Shown: one piece after another, positions 53,649-64,000 of the stretch
How the letters are laid out: every line of letters starts with the position of its first letter
How positions within the stretch are numbered: position 1 is the stretch's first letter
NCBI GenBank assembly: GCA_013239625.1
Contig: MU054049.1
Location: 1,925,892-1,989,891 of the forward strand
Direction of reading: 5' to 3'
Source: Lama guanicoe
Lineage: Eukaryota
Length of the DNA stretch: 64,000 nucleotides
Translations under genes and position numbers: made by a program
Notes under the pieces: model-generated
Database searches by the model: none
Told to the model about the DNA's origin: nothing
The model's input: the letters and a program-made list of their open reading frames with translations, nothing else

Positions 53649-54342
53649 ACACGTTTTCATTTTTGTGTTGAAATGAAGGGCCACTGGCAGCATTAACTAG
53701 GTGAAAACTTTTCTACAATCTGTCCAACAATCATGATTAGTTCTGTACACATTAATTCATCTTACTGGGGATAATTAGAAGAAAAGATGGCATAGACAAG
53801 CTAGTACGTTTTTAAGGAAGCCTTGGGAAAGCTAAAGAAAGTAAGGGCAAGTTATTTAATTTCTGAGTTTGTTTTCTCATCTATGAAACGAAGTTAACAG
53901 TAAGATTACACCGCAGGTTACATATATACATAATGACTTCTAAACAACTGGTGGTGGTTAAGTTTAGAGAAAGTGAAGTAGGGCCTTTCTGGATGTATCT
54001 AGTAAGAAGGAATTTGGCAGAAAAGCACCGAACCTTAGCTTAAGTCGTCTAGTTAGAAAAAAGCAGTTTAATCTATTTCATCTGCAACAGAGCAGATTAA
54101 AAATTAAAAGATGTGAAAAATTTTCAAGAAAAGACTGAAGATGGAAGTTAGTGATAATATACCTATCTACTAATTTAAGATAAATAAAATATCAATGCAT
54201 TTTATGTAAGTGAAATATAAAAATGACTTTTCTACGTTCAAGTGTTTCTATGCTGTACTCCTAACCAAAGGATATCACATTTATATAATTTTGTGACAAG
54301 GTGTTTTACAAATATACACGACAACTGTTTGGCTGTTATGCT

Positions 54343-54348
54343 TTTAAT
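54343..54348 (-). terminator. NCOA4: Probable NCOA4 polyadenylation signal ATTAAA
   Basis: ATTAAA on the minus strand followed about 20 nt later by GU-rich sequence. Confidence 0.55.
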
Positions 54349-55914
54349 GGAGGGAGGTACAAAACGCATCAATGCAAAAGAATGTTTTACATACTCATTA
54401 GCACAGTGCTTAATGTAAATTTCGGAATACACAATGTGTTAAACCTCCAAAACTACAAAGTTTTCTGCAACCTAAGATAATGAAAAGGCTCCTTCTTAAG
54501 TTTTTACCCACCACCTTTACTTTTAAAGTTCTAAATGGTATCTGGGGGAACTAAAAAATAATAGGAGGCTGTTTTCAGCTGTGGGTCAAGAGTTCTAATG
54601 AAGCTGTGTGGCAACGACACTGGCACTGGGAAGTTTCCCCAACAGGGCTTTCTAGATGACCACGTCACAAACTTTAGCAAAAGTATTTCCAGTAACATAG
54701 AGGCAAGTTGAATGGCTTAATAGCTTAAAAGCCTGGAAAGCAGCTAAGATGTCTCTGAGAATTTTGTAACATGGTATAAATACCATTTCTCTCCTACAGT
54801 GAAACTTCAAAGCATGGACATAACTTTAAGGATACTAAGGAAGTATCGATGGTTCTCATAAATCTTCAGTAAACACCCCAAGGCACAAGTGTTCAAAACA
54901 ACCTATTCACTAAAATGTCACTGCATTATACTTCTAGAGGTATAGGTATGCTATGCTTGCAGTGAGAGAACATTTGATTCATCACTAGTTAAAAGCACCA
55001 GGTGTCAAGTTCAGCTTCCATTTACACAGGACGCACCAGTAACACTTCAGGATAGTGAACGGTTCAAGTAGTACACTGCCAGCGTGTCTTGCCTTTTGCT
55101 TTTCGATTAGTCGGCACTGGGGTTCTTTTGCCTGTAGGGCATAGTAAATTGAAAGGCTAGGACCACCCTGAATCTAGTCTTCAAGCAGTATGGAGCCCTT
55201 CTAAGAGAGCTCCCTAGACACCTTAACATTTAGAGAAGGGTAGAGAATAAAGACAAAACTTATAACAGAGTTTCTTTTGAAAGAAAAATAACGTAGAACC
55301 TGGCATATAAGCTAAAATGATTTCTAACTGATGTCAAAAACTGCCAAGGTTGTTAATACACGTTTTGGTATGCAAAAAAACCACTATACTGGCAAGGTTA
55401 ATTATTTGTGTGAAGTATATTGTGTATTATTAGTTAAACAGAAGACTTCACCATTAATGGAAGAAAACCCACAGCAAGGGAATCATCCAAAGAAGGGCAA
55501 TCAAAAGATCAGGTAAGTTTACTAGCTTCAGAATAATACATCAACACACCTTGATTATAGAATGATTTCATTTTTTAAAACTACAGTGTTTTAATGTACT
55601 TTTCGTAACCCAATCTAAGGAGCCATGGAGGCGTATGAAAAAGACCTAGCCACTAAGATGCTGTGTTTCTAGTATAGGAGTGAATTAATAATACTTCTGT
55701 AAGAAGGAACTGAATCACCTCAGTATCAACAAACAGCCTTTTTCTTTTACACAGTAACTTATAATTTGATGACTTTTCTCTTCATTGGTTTGAAATTAGG
55801 CAGGAAAGGAACTGCATCAGACCCAGAAAAAATGATTTGGCAAGCTGCAGTCACTCGGCTCATGGATTTGTGATAATCTGCAGAAAAGTTGCTCGACCCT
55901 AGTCCTCCATTCCT

Positions 55915-55920
55915 TCACAT
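55915..55920 (-). CDS. NCOA4: NCOA4 last exon coding part (M-stop), followed by a 3'UTR of about 1.6 kb
   Basis: TTTACAG|ATGTGA; total CDS 1872 nt = 623 aa plus stop. Confidence 0.93.
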   Translation of the reverse strand: M

Positions 55921-56282
55921 CTGTAAAGAAAAGCCCACAGAAAAAGTCACTTCACTGCAAGATAAAAAAAAAAAAGGCAAGTTTCTCCCCACCTTAAAGC
56001 TCTCATTTCTCAATAAGCTACAAGAATCCACACAGGCTCCAGAAATTCTCCTGACAGCCACATCATCTTGAAAGGTCACTTTCAAGTATGTCCTAGTTAT
56101 TTCATGAAGCAAGTTCAAGTGAAATACACGAAGTTTTTATGGTCTCCCTCTCTCCCACTGTCACCTAATATACAAACCATTCAAAGGAATACAGTTCAAT
56201 AGGCAAAGTATGAATTCATATATGAAGACAAAAGATTTCAGCAGCTAAAATTAGAATATTTACACTAGTGGCAGGTACCCAC

Positions 56283-56423
56283 CTGCAGAGGAGTTCGATA
56301 CAGCCACTTTTCTTTATCCACTTTAAGCTGCATACAGGCAAAGAGATCACAAACTGCTGGGAAGCCGTAACGGTCTGGAGGGAAGTTCCGTTCCTCCTGT
56401 AGAGGTGAGTTAAGTAATACTTC
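56283..56423 (-). CDS. NCOA4: NCOA4 coding exon 8 (EVLLNSPLQEERNFPPDRYGFPAVCDLFACMQLKVDKEKWLYRTPLQ)
   Basis: TTGCAG acceptor, CAG|GTGGGT donor; 141 nt. Confidence 0.96.
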
Positions 56424-56824
56424 CTGCAAGAAGAAAAAAGTGGGTTGCTACATGACAACTGGGGGGCAAGAGACCAACAATTCATCTTCCAAACAGTATA
56501 GTGTCTATAAAGAATAATGCAAGTGTTGGGCATTCTAATAACAGAGCAAAGGGTAGACAAATGTTTTATCTACCCTTAATCTTTCCCATAAACAGCTACA
56601 AAACAGGCCAGGATTTTTTGTGCCTGCAGGATGGGGATTTGGGGCTTAGAAAATGCACAAAAATGTCAGTCTGAAAAATCTTAAATCCTCCATTTTGTTG
56701 GTAACATCAGACCAAAATTAGTACTTAAGCCACATTTAACATATTTAAGGATCTGGCCCACATGCAAGGTTTGGGACTAAAGAAATAAAAATCTATTAAA
56801 TACATTTCAGATGGTGCTGTTCTA

Positions 56825-57871
<1,047 letters not shown>

Positions 57872-58094
57872 TTAGTTCACCAGAACATCGTGACTGCCTT
57901 GGGAGTCAATGGTAAGAGTTCTCTATTTGCCTATTTCCCGCACTGCCCAATGTTTCCACATTTCAATACACAAAGGCAAGAGACTAAGGATTTCTCTATT
58001 GAGATATTAAACTGTACTTGACTACATTAAAAACTTAACTTTCTGCAGTTTAAAAAAAATACTGAGGCAAACTAGGAAAAAAGCATTTGTGGCA

Positions 58095-58800
58095 TATTTG
58101 ATAGAAAAGAGACGAGCAGTTCCACATACTGTGACTTTATGAATAAAGAAGACAAAAATGAGCAAAGGGTATGATGAGACAAGTCATCAAAGGCTAATAG
58201 TAAACACGAAAAATACCCAACCTCCTTAGTAATCTAAGAAACTCAAAAGTAAAATTGTTATGTGTCAAATTCAGAGGGAAAAAGAAACTTGTAAAAGACT
58301 ACCACTACTGGAGAAGTTTCAGGAAGCAGGTAACTTCAGTACTCTGCTGGTGGGAATATAAATTGGTATCAACTTCCTGGAAAGCCAGACTGGCAATATG
58401 TATCAAGAGCCTTAAAGGGTCTGCAGAATTGTAATCTACAAATGCAACTTCTAGGAATTTACTCCTCAACAACTAATCAAGAATGTACATAAATAATTAG
58501 CTTCTGGATGTGTAGAGGAATTTTATTTATACTCAGAAAAACTGGATTCTATAGCCAATCAATGAAATATACTATGAAGGATTTTATAGAAGAAATTAAA
58601 TGGCAGAGCAATATAGACATGCTCAGTTAGTGAAAAAAAATCTGCTAGCCAAAAACAAGATTTACAGAATGATTTTTTTTTAAGTATATGTAAGCATAAA
58701 CAAAAGCGTTGCAGTGGTTGTCTCTGCTTATGGGATTATGGACTTGTATTTATATTTCTAAGCTTTTACAGTGAAGAAGTATCACTATTGTAATAAAAAG
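58095..58800 (+). mobile_element. Degenerate L1ME-type fragment
   Basis: CTGCTGGTGGGAATATAAATTGGTA..TTCCTGGAAAGC..TGGCAATATGTATCAAGAGCC. Confidence 0.65.
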
Positions 58801-58917
58801 TTATTAACAATATATGGTTCCCAGACCAGAACGAAAAATGAAACAAAGACATACACTCTCAGCACTAAGTAATCCATCTACCACATCTATCTCAGAAACA
58901 ATAAGGCAGCAACACAC

Positions 58918-59061
58918 CTGACTATCCTCCGAGGTCTGCTTTTGGGTGAGCCAGTCCTGGAGTTTGGTGCTGGGCGTGTAAGGAGCCTGGCGACCGCTGG
59001 CAGGTTTGCTTCCAAGGAGCCACTCGCTGAGAGGGACAGCTGTGGTGCTGGATGCTGACTT
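58918..59061 (-). CDS. NCOA4: NCOA4 coding exon 6 (KSASSTTAVPLSEWLLGSKPASGRQAPYTPSTKLQDWLTQKQTSEDSQ)
   Basis: TAGCAG tandem acceptor, CAG|GTGTGT donor; 144 nt. Confidence 0.94.
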
Positions 59062-59593
59062 CTGCTAATTACATAATACTTTGCTGCTTAACAAGGCAAT
59101 GTCAAATGCAGTAGGAAGTTCGCCAGAAGAGCAGGAGACCTAAGCTCTTCTAAATTTGGTTTGGTGCTGACCCCGCACAAGTCCCATGACTTCCCTGAGC
59201 CTCCATTTTCACAGCTACAAAACAAGGAGTAGAGCTGGTCTCCAGGGTTCTTCTCAGCTCAACATGTCTAGAATCCTATGTTCACATTGCCTTTAGAAGT
59301 AAATCATCTCTATGAATGATAAAGAGAAGGATTCCTAAGAAAGCACCAACCCGATCAGAAAGCTAATGATAATTTCTTATGAACTAATTGATAGCAATTA
59401 CTTTCCTACTCAACACCTCTAAAACCTCTAAATTTCCAACATTCAGTCTCTAGGGAAACACTTAACTGCATAAACTTACTCATTACCACCCATGCCTTTT
59501 TACAAAAAAAAAAAAATGATTTATAATCAAAACTCAAAAGAACTATACAAGCCAAGTAGTAACTCAGTTATCAGAAACAAAATGATGTCTTAC

Positions 59594-59683
59594 CTGCTCT
59601 GGCAATGGGATGTAGCCTCTTTTCTCCATGAAGGGCCCAATATTTGATGAACCAGCATGAGTCATCAGGTGCTCAGGAATTTG
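59594..59683 (-). CDS. NCOA4: NCOA4 coding exon 5 (QIPEHLMTHAGSSNIGPFMEKRGYIPLPEQ)
   Basis: TTACAG acceptor, CAG|GTAAGA donor; 90 nt. Confidence 0.96.
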
Positions 59684-60229
59684 CTGTAAAATAAATGCAA
59701 ATTAATCATGTTTATTAATGTTATGCTTTATACCAAAAAAGTGAAATTGTAATTTCTAAATGTCAAAAGCATTAAGCAAAGTGTTAACCATTTCATTAGA
59801 ATATTCTTTACACTAAATTCAGTGACCTGAGAAGCAGTTATCAAATCTGAGAATTCTCTGCTACATAACTATTTTCATGTAAGAGATCTTCACCAGAATT
59901 GATAGTATTACTGCTTTTAATAAGACCCAAATGAGACCATGTGTGACTTTTACAGTAAAGATCATTCAAACCATAAATTTTATAAGAAATACATCAAAGG
60001 GATTTAAAGAGATAGAAGACGAGTTCTAGAGACTATCAAAAATACCACATTCCAAGAACTACCAGCCTAATGCTCCACCAACTTAATCAGAACATGAAAT
60101 TTCTGAAGTTTTCCAAATTATCAAGAAAGCCACTATTCATAGTGAAACATGGTGATATTTTCAAGACCAACTGAGAGGCCACAGGCCTGAGAAGCTCACC
60201 ATGAACCTCCTGAGATCAGTGCTACTCAC

Positions 60230-60338
60230 CATGGTCTTGAGGGACCCAAATGTGGTGATGGCCTGGCGCAGAGCAGTTGTGTCGGCTTCAAAGAGGAGGA
60301 CAGTCGAATCTTCAGGTTTGAGGGTCAAACTGCCCAGT
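60230..60338 (-). CDS. NCOA4: NCOA4 coding exon 4 (LGSLTLKPEDSTVLLFEADTTALRQAITTFGSLKTM)
   Basis: CTCCAG acceptor, ATG|GTGAGT donor; 109 nt. Confidence 0.96.
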
Positions 60339-60635
60339 CTGGAGGAAAAAAATAGACAAAACTTGACTCTTTTAAAGAAATATCTGTTTCAAATTCATCC
60401 AAAATAAAAACCAAATTGTGAGTTATTTGAAACAACTGTACTTTTACTAAGAAACTCAACCAAAGGTAGACGTCTTAACCATGCACCACCAAGTAAAATA
60501 TTAAATATATAAAACAGAATGATCTTATCACAGAGAAGTCAAGTTCAATCCAAGACATGCAGTGAGTTACAAAATGACTCTTCTTTAATACACCAAAGTC
60601 AAAAGAGCCAAAAAACAAGCAAAAAAGGTCTCTAC

Positions 60636-60724
60636 CTCTCCAGGCACACAGAGACTTGATTGGCTAGATCTTTGCTTTGGGTGCACTCCAGCTGGTGAAT
60701 GAGACAATTGAACTGGCCCAGTAA
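60636..60724 (-). CDS. NCOA4: NCOA4 coding exon 3 (LLGQFNCLIHQLECTQSKDLANQVSVCLER)
   Basis: TTACAG acceptor, AG|GTAGAG donor; 89 nt. Confidence 0.96.
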
Positions 60725-60914
60725 CTGTAAGAAAAATGAAACCATCTAGCCACAATGATACTAAAAGCACCAAATGTATCCAAGTCAATAAAGAGCAAAT
60801 ACTACTTGAGATTAAATTTTCATCTGATCTATATTAATGCTACATTACAGCAAAGGCAGTTTCTGGAACAAGAAACCATACTCAAACCAACTACAGCCTT
60901 GCAGTCTACCTTAC

Positions 60915-61055
60915 CCAGTAGAGCTGCTGGGCCTGCTGCTGAAGCGTCTCCTCTTTAAGCTGACAGATGAGATCGACTTGTTCATACAGCCACACCTCGC
61001 GGCTTCGAAGGCATTCCAGGTGACGACTTATGCAGCTGTGAATCTGGGCTTTGAC
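60915..61055 (-). CDS. NCOA4: NCOA4 coding exon 2 (VKAQIHSCISRHLECLRSREVWLYEQVDLICQLKEETLQQQAQQLYW)
   Basis: CCTAG acceptor, TGG|GTAAGG donor; 141 nt. Confidence 0.96.
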
Positions 61056-62291
61056 CTAGGAAACACACATATGTGAGCTTCACTAGTGGTTTAAGCTCAA
61101 AGAATAGTGTTTTCCACAGAATGGTGAGGTTCTTAAAATCCTGGGGGTCGCAAATCCTTTTGATTATTCAATGGCATGTATGGAACGTCTCCCCAGAAAA
61201 AGGCATACATTCAAAATTTTGCCTTTAATTTCAGGGTTTAGTGTCCCAAAACCCAACTCTCCAACCACCAAAGCTCCATGAACTCAGTTCAAGAACTCCA
61301 GCCATAAAGGCATATCTAACTCTAAAATCCTCCTTCAACACCTCTCTTAAGAGGATCAGGTTTATTTTGGGTGTCCTAAAGTTATCAAGAGAAAATACAA
61401 GGATATGTCACGTTACACAGATACCCCTCAGTTTTTCACTTAATTTGAAAACCTATAGTTTTATAAATTCATCAGTGGAATAAGACAAGAATATTTATTT
61501 AACAGCTAGCTCTTATCTCTTTTGTCACCTTCCAAATCAGTAATACATTGACAGGAGGCCAATTAAGTAAAGAGATGCACCACTACATGTCAACAGCCAG
61601 AAGACAGTTCACTAAAATTATAAACTAAATGTTTCTGGAAACATACATAGTGATTAAAAAGAAGGATAAATATAAAAATCCTAAGGAAGAAAATCATTAT
61701 AGCTATAAATCATCCATGAGAACCCACATAAGAAACTATACTCTAAAACACCTCTTCCGGTATAGTAAAGTATTTCAAAGTCATGTAACGCTTGGTCTAC
61801 CCACTCACCAACAGGATGCTATGAGGCCAATGGAAGGAACAGAATTCGTTCTGGCTTGCTCTAACAATTAAGTCATTTACAGAACCATGCCACCACCAAA
61901 ATCACGCCAATACCCAGTTAAAAGATGGTAGGGGTCATGTTGAAGTGCCACCCTTTATGCATCAAGGACACAACTAAGCAGTTCAATGAGGTAATAAGCT
62001 CATTCATTTTGTTACTTTTTAATTGGTAGTAATGCTTGGCACGGGGGCTACACAGAGAAGCCATCAAAAATGCATGCTGAACTGAATTCTCTAAGGTGGT
62101 ACAAAAGTTTCCAGACTCTTCTAACATCTGCTTTATTTTCCCTTTGGAATCAAAGGCACCCACATTTCAGGCAGACCATGCAAGGCATGGGGTGAAACTT
62201 TTTGGTTGGGAGAAGCCAATCTCCTGGCCATGCTTTAAACCAGCCCTGTGCTAAGCGTTCAAACAAGGGAAAAGACAAGCACACGTCACAC

Positions 62292-62432
62292 CTCTCGCAA
62301 GTTATCTTTAATTTGCTGTTCAGCCCGGAGAACTCCACCAATAGCAAGCTCCAAGTCCCTCCGTGCATCACAACACCTCAAAAGGGGTTCTCTATTACTG
62401 GAGCAGCCACTCTCGTCCTGTGAGGTACTCAT
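62292..62432 (-). CDS. NCOA4: Nuclear receptor coactivator 4 (ferritinophagy receptor), first coding exon (MSTSQDESGCSSNREPLLRC...NLRE)
   Basis: Acceptor AAAG| with exon start at 62446; ATG at 62432; GAG|GTGTGA donor; the non-coding exon 1 was not found in the window. Confidence 0.95.
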
Positions 62433-64000
62433 TCTGCTCACCATTCCTTTAAAAGAAAAAAAAAAAAAGGAACAATCCAAATTGCACCATAATTACAACC
62501 AAAAGCCACCTTACAATCATCCCCCAAATGATCATTCCAACCAGCTCCCTGTTACTACTTAATTACTTCCAACAGAGCATAACACTCTTTATAAATACTG
62601 CCTCCTCTTCCTCCCCTCAACCTGCACCACCACTACTGTGTAGTTCCTACCCCCCAGATTCTATGCATCTACTGTACACTTTACGTATGAACAGATTTTC
62701 TGAAAAAATACACTGATTTTCCCAAATTAAGAGGGCATACAACCTCCCAAAAGTTTAAAGAACACTAGAGTGTAAGTTTCCATTTACATAAATAAAGTCA
62801 CAGGGGGCATGTGTTCTTACAGATTTAGAGGTAAAGACTAAAAGGTCTAGAAAGACCCATGATTATTTTAAAAAGAAGCTGCAAAAAAAATTACCTGATA
62901 AACAGAGTTTACAACAGTTTGGATCTGACATATACCTAAAATTATTGGGAGGTTTAAATTTTTAACTTATCCTTTTTTTTTTTTTTAGGAAGAACTTAGG
63001 GATGGCTTCATAGCTAAAGAATGTAACTCTAAAAAACAATTTCATAGGATTCTGACATAAGGGAGGTACTTAGAGAAATCTGTGTGGGAAACTAGAGAAT
63101 TTTCCAACAGGTTTAGCTTTATGGGAGAGAAGAAAGAGAAGGGGAAAGAATACCACAGAACCCAAGATATAATGACATGAGACTGGGACAGAAGACTGTC
63201 AGAAAAGCAGCAAAGCAAAGCTTGACTAACACTGCTGGGACAACAGTCGGGACAATGAGTCCATCCGGATAGATCCAGAATCAGAGGTGGTTTCTAAATA
63301 CATAAGAAAGCAGTGGCCACTGTTGCCCAGCATGTTCACTAAGCCCTGTGACACCAAAATTATTTCCTTCTTGGATAGTTTTACTAAACCAGCCAGTCAA
63401 TGTAATCCTATACACACGATCTATCTGGACGACAGTAAGACTTGTGACAAGGTTGGATACTATCTTTGTGGACAAAGTCAACATGAGTGAAACAGAAGGA
63501 CAACTAAGTTGAATCATAAGATTATTTTTTACAAAGTACTCAAAGGATAACGGAGTGAAGCCACGCTGTCAAGTTTTTAGAGATATGCCCATTTCCCCAG
63601 TTACTCAACTGTTTACCCTAACTGCTTGGATGAAAACACAGAAGGCAGATATTAGAGTTAAAGATAACATGAGGCTATAACAGAAATAGATTTCAAAACA
63701 ATCTACATTGCTGTTGAATCTTACAAAATAAAACGGAGATTTTTTTAAGTTGAACAGGGGAGGACAAAATGGAAGAGAATAAATGTTTTTAAAAGGATGG
63801 AGACTTTTAATTGAAAGCAAGCTCTATGAGTCAGCAGTGTGCTGGATCTCAGGGGGAAATGACTTACACACTATTTGACTACCTTTACCAAAAGTATAAC
63901 GTTTGCCACAGGACTAACCCATTCCATGTTTATTAGGCTAATTTTGAAATTCCTTTCTGAATAACAAACTTTAGAAAGAGGCATTTAGAAAGAAAAGAAA

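Overview
Mammalian genomic DNA, probably camelid, judging from a tRNA-derived SINE family that resembles Vic-1 (recalled, not searched). The window holds the PARG-TIMM23-NCOA4 cluster. PARG coding exons 1-7 lie on the minus strand, and the gene continues left of the window. A CpG-island bidirectional promoter with tandem ETS sites separates PARG from the complete 7-exon TIMM23 gene (+ strand, 209 aa), which carries a SNORA74/U19-family H/ACA snoRNA in intron 4. All 9 coding exons of NCOA4 (- strand, 623 aa) converge on TIMM23. The introns contain L1, L2, MIR, DNA-transposon and SINE relics. The most unusual observations are: (1) a three-element complementary system in TIMM23 introns 2 and 4, where a local hairpin competes with a long-range duplex that would loop out exons 3-4; (2) a PARG upstream exon-1a/uORF whose splice phase appears to differ from the human PARG60 arrangement; (3) two atypical L1 insertions bounded by target-site duplications. 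Exon coordinates were read by hand from splice signals, repeat boundaries and subfamily names are approximate, and all human comparisons are from memory.
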